This document shows positions 50,590 through 64,000 of a DNA stretch of 64,000 nucleotides, piece by piece. Numbering within the stretch: the first letter of the stretch is position 1; each line of letters starts with the position of its first letter. The notes below the pieces were generated by a model. The model saw only the letters and a list, made by a program, of their open reading frames with translations. It was not told the DNA's origin and made no database searches. Made by a program: the position numbers and the translations under genes. Origin of the DNA: Takakia lepidozioides (lineage: Eukaryota; Plantae; Bryophyta); the NCBI GenBank assembly GCA_030704615.1, contig CM060734.1, positions 7,006,001 through 7,070,000 on the forward strand, written 5' to 3'.

Positions 50590-53500
50590 TTATATACTCT
50601 GGAAGAGAATGTAAATGTACAGAGAGTTAATTAAAATTCTACCAATCTTGAAAATCATCACTATCGTCATCCTGTCCTTGACTGTCCTGCTCCCCTTCCA
50701 CCCCGTATGTCCAGCGGACTGCTCGTTGGCTAGGCTTTCAAAAATCCCATCTTCCCCTTGCGGAACTGACCATCTCACCTCCGTTGGGTCGTCGTCCTCC
50801 CTGTCTGCATCGCTCTCTTCCGCTGAATCACATATATACTTTCGCACCCGTCTACCTGTCTCAGCTGCTGCCAACTCTTTCCTTATCCTTCTGTCCTCCC
50901 TAGCCCTCTCCAAAATCAGCTCTACTTTACTGGGATTCTCACATCGTCTAATCGCTGTATTTGCAAGTTTAGCTGCATAACTAGGAAGGGAGTAGTCCTT
51001 CACCGGGGTCGTCATGAAGTCGGCCCTCGCAAAGAACGGGACATTCTTCCTGGCAGGAAGTGTAGGCCCTACATGTTTTGACCCAGATCTTGGAATCCTG
51101 CACATAACAATCACCCACGAGACCAATGAGAACCACAGTCCGGAAATGCGTTTGACAAAAAATCACCCAGAAGGCTTTGCAAACTTACAATGTTTGCACT
51201 CACTCGTATTCCGGGTTCTCCTCGGCATCAATGTCCACTGTCTCTTCCTCCGACTCCGATGAATCCGAGGAATCTTTGGCTTCGATGGGAGCCTTCACAT
51301 TCTGTTGAAGCCCTTCCAGATGGGATCCCCAGATGGATGTGTCCTCCTCGTAGGCAAAGAGGTGCCGGTCGGAAAACCGCCCAGCCCACATTGAGGCACC
51401 TGTTACAATGCCATCCACACATTATAACATGGCCCTTGAGATGTTGCGAATTAAAGCATAACGAGAATTTGCAGATTAGCATAGTACAAGATTCTGCATA
51501 CCTGTCCCACAGATGAGGTCGAGCACTGTGCCCTCCAGGTCAGTGCATGTCTCCATAATTGTCTGAATGAAGGCAGGGCTCCGAGTCCGTGAATACCGCA
51601 GGGGTTCCGTTGAAGTGAGGCTATGAGGGAGAAGTTCCGTGGGAACGTTGTTGAACAGGACGTCGTAATCGATGGGGTCGCAGTTCGGGTCAACCAACAA
51701 TCCATCCTTCCAGAAAGCAAAGGGGGAGTTCTCCTTCACAAAGCAATATGCAGCGAACTGCTTCGTCTGCATACACAGTGGGGAACGATTAGAAATCGAA
51801 TGCGGCACCGCATTTCAAAACACCTAACAAAATGAAAGGACGAGTGCCAATGTCGTAATTACCTTCTTCCCTTCCGACCGAAGGCCCAATGTGTTGATGC
51901 ACGTCCACTTCTTCTTCAGAATTGGGACGACGCTCTTGCGGGTCCACTTTGCAATTCTTGTCTCCGGGTTTTTGCCTCTGCTCACCAGGACAACCACACA
52001 GCCTCTGTCGTCCAACACCATGCGGGCGAGCCCGAATCCTTTCTTCCAAAAGTCCTTGGAGTACCTGTTCCAAGATGGCAAAGCTTGCAGTCCTTCCACA
52101 GGCTCTCCGTTCGGAATATCCAAGATGATCATATCGCAAGACCACTCGGTGGCTTTTCCGCCCCTCCTACAATCCTTCCCTGCACACACCTTCTCAAAGA
52201 ACGAGACCATCTTCAGAAACCCAGGGGTGTCGGAAGGCTCTGCTTTAGCCGCCTTCTTCAGTGCTCTGCCCTTCAGACCCTCCATGGTCTTCATGTATGC
52301 CAACTTGGCTGCCCGTCCATCCAAAGCCGCCAAGAAACTCTCATTCACACACTAAACTGGCTCCACTTTCGGTCTCTTCATTTCCACCGGCTCGAAAGGG
52401 TGCCCCCCCCGGGGGTTGAAGAGCGCCTTCTTTGCTGAGCCCGTTCTCGTCCCTTTCGTGACAACGGTGGGCACAGGGGATTTCGGCTGCGTTTCGGGGG
52501 GTGGGCTGGTTGCAAAGTCTCCATCGGAGTCCTCTTCGTCATCCTCTTCCTTCTCTTTCTGTTTCTGCTTCTTCGTCTTCTTGGGTGTCACAACTGTTGC
52601 TCCTTGCTGGCGAGTCCTCTTCTTCGACCCCTTCTGTTGAGCCTGCACAGCTGCATCCACCGTCTTCTGTGCCATCTCAGCTGCCTTTCTGGATTGTTCC
52701 AGAGCAGCAGCGTCCTTTGCCGACTCAGGCCCAGCAGGGACACGTCTTTCCTTTCTCCTCTCCTCCACTTTCGTGTGCAGATCTTTCTCCAATTTGTCAA
52801 CAAGTCCGCCAGACATGTCCAGGTACCACGGGCATCCAACGAGATGCGCGGCATGCCATTGTTTCTGCATCTCTGGTAGGTAGACACGGCTTGGGCCCGC
52901 CACGGTCCAAGCCATGAGGAACGGTGGCTCTTGAGCCAGGGCCCCTATCTTAAGAAGCACGTATTTCATATACCTGCAAGACAGTCAGCATGCGTGAGCA
53001 CAAGTTATGACCATGTATTCGCAGAGTGCAACCGAAAAGATAAAGTGCGAATGCGGTGCCGCATTTCCCTGGCAAACCTCATAACCCAGCTTTTGCATAC
53101 AACGGGAGCTGGGCTTCACCTGTACACAATTCGCATTGCAGCTTTTCCCGCCCCCTCCTGGTGTGTAAACTCCACGCTCCTTCTTGCTGTCTGCAGCTCC
53201 CTGACGAAGAGGTTGTCCTTGTACGCACATTTGAAAAGTGTCACGTAGTCTTCCAATGTCTGTGTTCCATCCCATTTGACGTACAAGCCGAACGAATTTG
53301 TATGCATTACGACTTGTTCCTTCGCATTCGTCATTACCTGCGTTTCCAACATGCATTGTCACGTAGCAGTTCACGGAATTCATTCCAGCAAAGCAAATCG
53401 GGGGAAGTACCTTGAATTACCTGGAACCACCAAGTCATGCGGTTGAGCCACACATCCACTGCAGGGTCGGAAACTTCGAGTGGAAAAGACCACATGGTCC

Positions 53501-54660
53501 TTATACTCTCCGATGCATTCTAGATCGACAGCCACCGTGTCTGCCATTCCCGATCCAATGTCAGGAGCAGGAAGAAGAGTGGCTATTGCTAGGAAGGAAC
53601 TTCAATGCATTGAAACCTCACCTTCTCTTTTGCCTCCACACATGCCGTTGAGAGGTGATGCAGTTTCTCCAACTGCATGGTCGGTTGCATGGCCCGAGAA
53701 TAGTGTTTTGCAATCTCGGGGATGAAGTCCTTTTCAAGTGCCGGATCTGCAATGGCCACCAGCTTCACAAGCTTTGACTTGTATTTGGTTCTGGACTTGA
53801 CCCCGGCTTCCTTCAAGTGCTCGGTCAATGACTGCAATTTTTTTGTCTGCCCCTCACTCTCCATGAAGAAGCATTTTGCATGGGCCAAATCCAGCTTGAT
53901 GTTTGACTGCCAGGAAAAACATGCAGAAGCATTATATACGATCCATGTGGAAAGATGACTAGAAATTGGGGAAGGATGAGCAGAGGAAAATGGGAGGACA
54001 ACTTACTTCGTATATCACCTCCACCATTCCATCCATAGTGAGGCGATACCATGTCCGGTTTGTTTTTGCCACGGCTTTTTGAATGAGCTCGGGCTCCAGC
54101 ATTTCGGCAAACATGTGCGGGTCAGTGGGACCAGTTTTCCGCACCCTGTACAGCATATGTGCCATGTGGGTATGCACGTAAGCATTTTCAGTGACCCTGC
54201 AAGGCACACTCTCCAGTTCAGTCCAATGAAGCACGGAAATAAAACTGATTAGAAACCGAAATGCGGTGCATGTGCTTGGGAGGGTATGAGAATCTTACGA
54301 GTTGAGGTCTGCCATGGCATTCTTGAGCAGGGAGGAGTCTGCCGCCTTCACCTTGAGGATGACACACTCCACCATGTAATGCCAGCCAATATGCTTGGAA
54401 TGGTTATGCTTGATGTACTCCCACCAGGCAAGAAGTCGGTGATTCCCGTCCCACACAAAAAACATTTTGCCCGACATATGGCCAAAGTCAGGATCACCCT
54501 TCAGCATTGTCTCGAATTCGTCGTTGCGAGTGTGCCAGTGGGTATCCCATGCTGACAATTCATCCGCAGTGGGTCCACGAGTTTCGCCGTCCTCATTCTC
54601 AATGGAAACGTAGAAGGCTGGCAAACCTAGACGGTACCCTTCTCGAAATGCGAACTTGAG
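50590..54660 (-). pseudogene. ParB-like plus amino-MTase-like fusion gene, family B (5' truncated; stop at 52352)
   Basis: FFVWDGNHRLLAW, CDMIILDIPN and RSPAFIQTIMETCT..VLDLICGTG/ASMWAG..RHLFAYE; intron positions match family A. Confidence 0.82.
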
Positions 54661-55299
54661 CCCCCGAGTCCCCCTAGAGCTTACCGCTTTCCGGTTTATG
54701 CTGAAGCTTGCGCACGGGTGTTATCCCAACAATCAATGTATTCGCATCTACATGAAGGTCGTGGAAAAAAAAAACGTCGCGGATGTGCTACTGTATTCAT
54801 AAACGATATTGCTGTAAACTCTGGAAGTGGTTCCTCTGAAACCTCCAACAGTTCTTGAGGTTCAAGTACCGAGGCTCAATAAATTGTGTTTTGGTTTTGC
54901 TTCCATCCCCAAACTATTTTTCTAGTTCTTTGCGTGTTCCCGTAAGTACAGTTAGGGATTGCCTGGGGTAGGTCTTCGGAATCCGGAATTGAAAAATGTT
55001 TGTGGGTTGGAATGAATGTACTGCTTTGCAAAACAAAAGGGTTTGCTTTTAATATTCAGTTCTCTGGTGGGCGATCTCCTCATTCCAAAGGGATGACCTC
55101 AATCATAAACCATCCGCAAACCTGCCATTGTTCTCGGCTAGAAAGAATATTCATGTGGGGGCAATGAAGAGGGATAAAAAATAAGGATCCGCGGTAATAG
55201 GGGAAGCCAGGGGGAAAGCACGGTATTAGGGCCTGAACATGTGGATGCTTGCTTACATGGCGTGAGCGAAGCCAGGCTCACGCGCAAGCATCCCCCCCT

Positions 55300-58200
55300 T
55301 GGGTACACCAGGCTTGGAGGTAGGAGACACATCCTTTGGTTGCTAGATAGCAACCTCTTGGGCCTTGTCTGCCCACTCTGACTGTGGCGTAGCCTCCACT
55401 TGCTCCGCCACAGCTACCTTGAGAACATCATCCGCGCAAGAAACATCCTCAACCTCTTCAAAAACCTTGGCTACCTTGGCCTCCAACTAATCCTCCCTGT
55501 ATGGCTCTCCCCACTCCTCATATTGCTTCTTGAGAGATCCAATGACTCTCTCTTTCCGCATCTCATCCCACATCTGTCATTAGTGTTTGCACCCCATGAT
55601 CCTGTGCTCGCCCCCACTCACTGCCTCAACCGTCCCGGTTGGCAGGGAGGATGCACTATCCAATGGGAGTGCCGAAATAGCCACCATTGCTTATATTCTC
55701 CGTTGCTCAGCCATGCACAAGCCAATGACCCATGTCAAGCAATTTAGATCCATTGCTTAACCCGACACCCGTTGGCGTGATGCCTCTGATATAGCTGACA
55801 TAGCTGTAGTGCCCGTGGCAAACCCCATTGCCCGCTCTCGCTCATCCACATTGGGCTCCACCAATTGCTGTAGCACACTGTCCCAAATCAACCCAGGACC
55901 ATTGTCTAAAAAAACATGAGACAAGGGGAAGCTCATTATTGTAGGTAAGGCCGTACGTGGCTTCCCCACTCGATTGACCACTACCAAAGGTGGACGGTCA
56001 TCATGTCGTACCCTCCGTGGTTGCCTCCCCTGGTCCAAAATGCCCTCAACTGTGAGATTGGGTGGCCGTTGAATGGAATCGTATGCTCTCTTGAGCACCT
56101 TTAGTGGTGCAAGATTGGTCCACCCACAATCTAGGTCGATGCGCGCATGATCCCACCGCTGCTGCATCCAATAGCACCGCCGATCCAATCCAAGACTGCA
56201 CCTGATGCACACTATCCATAACCCTGGCCCGAGAATCCCCCATAAAGGGAACATTCTCTAAGATATAGGCTAGAGGTTGCACTTGCCTCGTCTGCAAGTC
56301 ACGCAACACTCGCAACATCTCCCTAAACAAATGCGATCGTACATCATGCAAGCCATACCCATGACCTGCGGGAGAGTGCCCTTGGTAAGGCCATCCAACT
56401 ATCACCAAGTCAATGGAACCAGCCGGTCCAAATCATCTGCCCCCAGCAAGGTGATGTCTGCTGGCAAGGCCTTTTGGTACCCTTGAATTGCCGAGAGAGG
56501 CAATAACTCAGGATACTGGTGTATGAGCAATGCAATGTGGCGCATGGAAATACGCCGAACTATCTCATCATTTTCCACATTCAAGTATTTTTGGACTTTA
56601 ATCCCTGCTTGCAACACTCCTGCAAGCCTAGTGCTCATGCCTCCAAACAGGTTTAGCAAACAAATCCCTGAGGCAGGTGGTTGCCAGGTAATGGGTATTG
56701 TGTCCAAAGGAGCTAACTAAGGAGGTCCAGGTGATGTCACTGAACTCCCCTCATCCACCAATGGAGAGGCCTCCTGCCATGCTTGTTGCACACACTGGCC
56801 TGCCACTCAATGCAAATTCTCAACTGTACCCCACAATGGAATATGCACAGGCACACGAGGAAACAACTCAGCCTTGTATGCCAATTGCTTGTCCTCATCA
56901 GGTGGTGGCCTATCATCTGCATGGCTATTGCCCTCCAAGAACTCACCACCCCAAGCCACCACCCCTGAGAATGCAGCCAATGTGGGCATCATGTTCCTAT
57001 GATCCACCGCTACATTCAGCAGTGCACATCGGCCATCCCCTGACTACCATTCCAGCTTGTAGGATGTCGTTTCCTCCCAAAAGTCTAGAGTAAATCCCAT
57101 GGGGTATAACACAGCCCCACCAACAAGCATATTGTAGGACATTGCATCCGTAACAATGGCTTTAGCTCTCATGACAGAGCCATCCGTAGGATGATCTGGC
57201 TGCAATCAAATGAAGAGCTCATGGCCTGTAAATCCCTTGTGCCTTCTCTAAACCACCCAAAGATGTCTGAATTTGGAAAGGGCAAGGCTCCAAATCTGCC
57301 TCTGTAAGGCCCAAGCCTGCAATTGCTGCTCTCCCCAATATCAGTGGTTGTGCTCCCGAGTCCAACAAGACCCGCAGTGGCCTATACCTCTTGAGCCTGG
57401 TTGGGCCACCCAGCTGAAACAGTGCATCCTGATTGTCCACCGGGACTACCCCAGGAGTCACCATACTGCGCTCAAAGGCTGATCTAGCTGGCAACTCCTG
57501 TAACCTTGCAGCTGCCACTTGCCATGGCGCAGCTGTGGCTGTCTTCACCCTTGAATCTAGGGCATCCATGCACTGCATCTTATCCGCTATCCCCGCAGAT
57601 AGTGCCGATGCATCACCACTCTCACAGAGTGCAGCCGCCAGTCTAAACAGTGCAGCTGGCCGAATCCCCGACATTGCAATTGTCATTGCAGAAAACAATG
57701 GAGCTTGACAAATTACCGTAGTCGTCCCCAACAATGTACTGGCTATATCTTGCTTTGATGCACTACCCACTGGCATTTCCCGAGGCACATCAACTCTCCT
57801 CAATGACGCTCGTGGCTCTATCGCTGACACATTTGGGCGAACGGGTGTCATCAATGGCGTAGTCGGCACTGTCCCAGCCAATGTGAAAGACTGTGGAAGC
57901 CTTGTCTGTCAACTTGCTTCCCCCCTTTGTGGATCAAAATCCACATTGGTCCTCTTGGCTCAGGAGCACGAGTTGCTGCTCGAGTGGCAGCAGCTGCAGA
58001 GTCCACATGCAATGGTCCTGCAAGTGCGGCTCCACACATGAAGCCCATACCAATTTGATCTGCCTTAGGCAATGCAGCCGCAGGGTTAGGAGGTTGTGCA
58101 GATGGGGCTTGAACCTCAGGCCTTGGAGCTGGCGCAACATGAGTAGTGGCCATGGCAACAAGACGTTGCTCTAGTTGGGCAAGCCTATCCACCATGCCTT

Positions 58201-61200
58201 GGTCATGACCTTGACCTTGACCCTGTGCTCCTTGGTTTTGGTTACGACCTCCACCACGACCTCTGCCTCCTCTACCTCTCTGGACTACATTGCCTCATCC
58301 TCGGCCACCATTGTTCCCTTGGAACTGGCCTGGTCATAGCTCAGGATGCAAGTCATAACAATGGGCCTCTCCATGCCCATACTTGCCACAATGCCCATAC
58401 TATAGTTGTGTAGGTTATGCCTGTGTCGGCCCTTTGCCTCTCTCCGAGCAATCTCTCTTAACATGGGGTCCTCCACAATCCCAACATGTCATAACCGATT
58501 GTTGTTGGCCTGAGAATGAAGGGAGAGACCTCCTCCCTCAAACTCTCGGTAGGCTTTCGTTGGAACTCTTGCAAGCTCCGCAATTTCTCCGTCATTATCC
58601 CCTGGTAGTTTCTCCTTAACTCCTCGAAGAACTCCACAACTGGGTTAAAGGCAGGCACGAGTGTTGGTGCTGCAGCAGGAGCTTGGGTGGACTTCCCAAC
58701 TCCCGTTCCACTTGTCCCACTACTGCTTGCAGAAGTTGCCGGTGTAGCTGCCGGTGTCACCACTGCCCTTGTGCCTCTAGTGATGGAGACATAGTCAGGT
58801 GACCAATACACCCGCCATTCCTCAATCTTCACCTCATGTCCCTGCCTAAACTCATAGTAATCATCCATGGGCGCCCCTCAAGGTGCTGGAATAGCCCCTT
58901 CCACGCCATAAAAGGCGTAAACAGTTGTGGATTGCACATTTGCTGCAAATCACACCAACTATCAAACTCCTGTATGAAATCATCAAGCTCGATGGTGCCC
59001 ACAGCTCCAGAGTACCGATGTGGCCCCTTGGTAGCTCCATATATTTCCTCCATCGTATCCCACAACAATGGCACGGAAATGGGTTGCACCCTCAGCGAAA
59101 ATCCTCTTGACTCCGAGTCTGAACCTTCCTCAGAAGACACTGAAGGTGAAGGTGGCTTGAACCGCACACCTCGTCTTGTATACCCACTAGTATCGCTGGT
59201 GCTCGTACCGGCACTCTCCTCAGCAACTCGTGGCACCTCCATGATGAAAACTCACACTCAACCGGCTGTCAACCTATCTCTAACCCCTTTCCACAAGGTA
59301 ACCGGGTAGAGAACCTGTTGCGGCTTATGGTTTGGAATACTAGGTTCCTAGCATAAACCTGCACCTACACCTGCATCCACCGCAAACACTCCTATGGTTG
59401 GCTGGCATCACCCCAGCCTCGTGCCACAAGAGAAACAATAATGGTCTTGCTAGTCATCACCCCAGCCTCACCACCGACGGCACGCTCTAGGGTTGGCCGG
59501 CCACAATAATTCCGGACCAACCACCTATGAAGACAAGTGCCCAAACCAAACTAGCAAGGCGCACAGTCAAGCATGCATGTGTGGGAGGAGGATCCAAACA
59601 CAGGAAACTCAAACAACAATACCTCCCACACCTTAAATCAATCGACCTCATTGCAGCTCAAACAATGATGGAAGACTATGGAGAAGAGAAGCTAAAGCAA
59701 TCTCTAAGCCCGGAATGCTCTCATCCCATTACTCCCCCTATCTTCATACACACTCTTGCTTGAGCAATAGATAAGACTATCATTTAAGGACCTCTCGAAT
59801 AACTCTCAAAGAGCCCTCAAATTATTGTCATGAACTTATGAAATCTGCCCTCAATCAGCCCCTCACATAGACCCACCGAGGCTCAAGAAGTCCGCAAACT
59901 TGGACTCCAAACAGTCCACCGAAATGCCCAAGAGCTGGTCAAATAGTGGCCTTCAAGGACGCCAACCAGCCCTCCAAACAACCCTTAAATGACTCCACAG
60001 GGCTTCCCAATATGACCTCCAAAGACCTCCAATAGTCCTCCAAAGAGCTCTTACAAAGCTCGTCTGCCCACTATGGGCCTCCAAGGACCTTCAATAGTCC
60101 TCCAAACAACCCTCACAAGGCTCCACAGACTTTCCCAATATTGGCCTCCAAGGACCTCCAAACAGCCCAGGCCTGCAAAATATTGGCCTCAAAAGACCCC
60201 AAATAGTCCTTCAAACAGGCCCCCAAAAGGCTCCAAAAATATCCATTGGCAATCAATTTTTCATCCGTCGCTGACCAAATGTCATCCAAAACCACTATGT
60301 TTCATCCGCAGGTCCAATATTTCATCCACTAGCGTGATTTCATCCGCCGCCGCAATTATCATCCGTTGGTGCATTTTTCATCCAAAATTGGAATATTTCA
60401 TCTGCTGACGCAGTTTCATCCATCGTGACCAATTTTCATCCAGGAGCACCGATTTGCATCCACAGGCTCCGATGGCTCAATAGCGGTGCTCCCAGCCTGG
60501 GGCACTGTTCCCACATGCTCCCAAGGAGTTCCCACGCGTTCCCAAGTTAGGGTTTGCGCCGCTTTGGCTCTGCGATTGCTGCCAACGAGCTATGGCTTCT
60601 ATGGAGCAACCAGAGGTTCTGTTCTTGACTTCTTGGGCATCAATGGACCACCAAGAGTGCCCCTACTAACCCCCTGAGCAAGTTATTTGCCACACAATAA
60701 GCTCTTTTTCTCCATGGAACTCATTGATGCAAGCATAGAACAAGCGATTGAGCTTTCTATGGAATACCCTCTTCTAACCATTGTATGCACTCATAGTGCT
60801 CTTTTACATGGCCATAGTGCACCCCTTAGAGCTCCTAATCTAACCCTGCACTTGCCACTTCCATAGACATGCTCTTCCCAAGCTTGAGATTGAAACCCCA
60901 ACTCAAAGCATGCTCTACAAATGCACTATTTTGCACAAAAGAGAAATCAGATCTCTCTTTGAAATTGAAGGCCACCACAAGCTGAAAGCATGCTCCACAC
61001 ATGCACCGCTTGCTTGGTTAACACCCGAGCTTTTTTTGAACTCAAACCCTGCAACAACTTGCAGAACAAAAACTATCTTCACTAGCTCTCAAACTTTGCA
61101 CTGGGGCTCTTCTTGAAGACCTCCATCTGTGCATAAACACCACAAGGACTTTCTTTGCAAATCCTGCAACACCTTGTAACACAGAAGCTCTCTACCGAGC

Positions 61201-61598
61201 TCTCTTTAACACACAAGTGCTAACCATGCTAACACCTTGTACTCATAGATGTAAGTAGGTCTTCTTCTAGTGATACAAAAATGGTGAAAAAAGATGAACC
61301 ACTCTATCACGTTACATAAGTCAAGCCAATGGCACCTTTGCTAAAGGACTCCACCATACAAACCTCACTCACACTCCATCTCAAGCTCTAAGGCTATGGC
61401 GGCGAGAAAGGCCTCGGGAGGCTCGACTGGAAGAAGACGAGCCTTCCTGCACATCACGTGGAGATTAGCCTCTCTACATCCCAAGTAAATTTCACCACCT
61501 CACTTGGCACATGGAACCAAATGAAGTCCCAATGCCAACAAAATACAAATATAAATGTATAAAGTTATAATTAGCTAGAAATAACTATTTCTAACTCA
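55300..61598 (-). mobile_element. Second C5-DNMT Gypsy-like element (5' repeat, long leader, gag, protease, DNMT; truncated before RT)
   Basis: 61271-61598 is homologous to repeat X. Gag-like ELDDFIQEFDSWCD..LFQHLEG; VLLDSGAQ; LNLFGG, GWPYQG, ENV, ERERAMGF; many frameshifts. Confidence 0.85.
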
Positions 61599-61614
61599 TT
61601 TCATCCGACCCCGC

Positions 61615-61745
61615 CTGGATGGAAATTTGGCGCCGCATTTCTATCCCACGGGATGAACCTGGGTGCCAGGTGGCCCTCTCTTCCCACGAGATCATTTCAT
61701 CTGACCCCCCCTGGAATTTGGCGCCGCATTTCCATCTCGGGGGAT
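61615..61745. repeat. Two copies of a third palindrome variant, GGA(A)ATTTGGCGCCGCATTTC
   Basis: Seen at ~61621 and ~61713, downstream of the family C cargo fragment. Confidence 0.65.
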
Positions 61746-61899
61746 GAAGTTGGGTCCAGGTGACTGTTAGAGGGCTGCTTGAGACTTTAACGCTTTTACG
61801 GGTTCTGTGGGGTACCCTTAATTTTTACACAGACTGAGACCAACATGAGCCTTAGGGGTGATAGCAGCGGGCTTTAGGGGGGGGGGGGGGGGGGGGTTA

Positions 61900-62100
61900 C
61901 ACAGTCCGACACAGCTGCCACAGCCAACACAGCCCGAGACAGCCAGTCACAGCCGGCACAGCCATCACAGCCCATCACAGTCGTCACAGTCTGTCACAGT
62001 CCATTACAGCCAATCACAGTCAGTCACAGCCCAACACAGCCTGACACAGCCCGTCATAGCTTCACACAGCCCAACGCAGTTTTGCATAGTTGTCACAGTA
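61900..62100. repeat. Degenerate CACAGCC/TCACAGT simple repeat after a poly-G run
   Basis: Visible low-complexity repeat. Confidence 0.8.
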
Positions 62101-63239
62101 CAGGGGGAACGGTTAACATGGACAGGGAACGACTGTGTGGGAACGACATCTGCAGAGGGAATATGATACTTCAGGGGTGACGGTTAGTGAGCAAGGCGGT
62201 TAGAACAACTTGTAGGTAGATAAAACGAAGAGCGGGGACTTCTTCGGGGATCACTTCTTAGACATCAGGGGGGGCACGATCTTGGAGCACAGGGATGACG
62301 ATTACACAGAAGAGGAGATGATGACTTGATGAAGGTTTATTACATGCAAGCTGTAGAGATATACTGTAGGGTAGACTAGGGACACTATGGCTTCAGCCTC
62401 ATACTTGATAGATCTTAATCTGATACACATTTCATACTCACACTGTGTAGAAAGATCTGAGTGAAGCTGTGGAATGAATGGATGAGTGATTGGAACCTGG
62501 TAGTTTGCTGAAACAATCTAATGCTTGAATATAAACAATAAGGTAATTAGCTGCCATGAAGGCAAGAAAGAATACAAACAGGAATCACTCCCATGATACA
62601 CTAGTTGTAGGTCATGACTGATTGTTCTGAGCGGGCTGAGTGCTTGGAGATATCCAACTCTTCTATCTTGGAGTTCCCACCTCGGATAGTGAAGGGATGG
62701 GTGAGTAAAAGCCGTTCGACATTTGGCGACCATACTGGGGAACTGGGTCATGAACAGCCAGATGTGACAGGCATCTGGTGGGATCACGGTGGTTGGAGAA
62801 TTAAAGAATTTGATGTGAATTAAATTCCGTGTGAAACTGAGAAGGAAAGATTGTCCAATCGATTCTTTCAGAGGTTCTTGGAATTGCCATACGGTTGTAA
62901 AGAAAACATTCTTAAATGATGCTGACCCTGAGTGGGGTCTGGAGAAAGGAGTGATAAAGATTTATCAGGTGGCCTGTAGAGGAAGAGCACGTTGGTTACC
63001 AACACTGGTTTATGTGATAGCATTGCTATCCATTAAGCGAGTAGAGTTTGAAGGCTGGGAGGACATGTAGTATCCTTGGAAACCGAAAGGTGTCTACTGA
63101 TTCAATGACTGGTGCCGAACTCTGGAAAGCAAGAAAAGGAATGGTGGTAGATGTTAACATCTAGATATAGACAATGTAAGCAACCATCTGTCAAACGGGA
63201 ATGACACAAGTAAATGCAACATATTTTGCACGACTATAG

Positions 63240-64000
63240 CCGAACTTACTCACACTCAAAATCGGAGTCCACGTCGAGATCCTCCTCGGGCTCCTCCAAA
63301 AGTCCCTGTGTGGATGGGGCAGAAGTAGTGCCGGACTCAAGCTGACAAAGCTCGCTTGAGAAGAGCTCCGTATCAGCCTCCATGCCAAAGAAGTGCCTTC
63401 CGGCACTCTTGCAAGCATGAAAAGATGCTCCTGCAAATCCAAGACGAACGAGAAATTAAAACAGGGCTTCCCTAAGGTCACTGCCCATATGTCAAACACA
63501 ATGTGAAGGGCCCCACCTGTGCCCATAGACAACTCAACCACTTGTCCACCATGACGGCTGCATGTCTCCAAAAAGTCTACATGAAAGCTGGAGATTTCTC
63601 CCGTGCACCTCTCCAAGGGACACCAATCGACCTTTTCATAGTTCGACCCGAGTCAACGTAATTGAAGATAACATCATCCTCCACAGGCTCGCAGGTGGGG
63701 TCAATGTGAGCTGCAAGGTCCCTCAACTGGAACTCAGCAACAGTGTCCTTCCGCCTCACCAGGCACAAAGCTTCGAACACTCGAGTCTGTCAATAATCAC
63801 GAAGAGAGCATGAGGCAAAAGACACAACCTACCTTTTGATTTACTGAAAAACCATGAAACTTTAATTGAAATGAACCAACTCACTTTCTGCCCCGGGAAC
63901 TCGCCCTTCGTAAGAGGTAGAGTATTGATGCATGTCCAAGTTTTGATGACACGAAACCCGGAAGCTTTCATGTAGCTGAAAAGAGTTCTTCGTGCCGACG
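63240..64000 (-). pseudogene. MTase-like exons of a third, more diverged cargo gene (family C); runs off the window
   Basis: WTCINTLPL..|..FEALCLV..DPTCEPVEDDVIFNYV..REKSPAFM*TFLETCSRHGGQVVELSMGTG..ASFHACKSAGRHFFGME, with comparable intron positions. Confidence 0.78.

Larger units (their letters stand above)
47257..54660 (-). mobile_element. MULE family B, cargo-gene half (truncated)
   Basis: TIR GGGGGCTGCTATTTCGTGAGC at 47257 matches the family A right TIR and interrupts Gypsy gag. Contains a cargo homolog and its own palindrome array. Confidence 0.85.

Noticed and set aside
62100-63190. Possible coding remnant (ORF 62518..62787)
   Set aside because: No recognisable motif and no homolog within the window.

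Overview
Eukaryotic, repeat-dense window of nested transposons with spliceosomal introns; a non-seed plant or streptophyte host is my inference. No intact host gene is evident. Main content: (1) A family of large Mutator-like (MULE) DNA transposons. One complete 14.3-kb copy (25639-39941) has TIRs and a 9-bp TSD; there are also a truncated near-identical copy (~4530-10306) and two diverged relatives (47257-54660; 61600-64000). Besides a GCM-like/DDE/SWIM transposase, they carry a divergently transcribed multi-exon gene that fuses a ParB/Srx-like domain (DGNHR) to a beta-class N6A/N4C DNA-methyltransferase-like domain. They also carry dense arrays of a palindrome whose sequence differs between subfamilies. 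This is the best candidate for an undescribed system. (2) Two Ty3/Gypsy-like retroelements encoding a C5 cytosine methyltransferase between protease and RT. The complete one (16706-40483, 4-bp TSD, splitting an F-box-like ORF) has a C-terminal PHD finger, split direct repeats instead of normal LTRs, and captured host fragments (MAD1-like, plastid-protein-like). (3) Two decayed ordinary Gypsy copies, one with an inverted gag; a LINE fragment cut by a probable Helitron end; and three copies of an unknown ~187-aa gene. Domain calls are from motif recognition by eye; no database searches were run.
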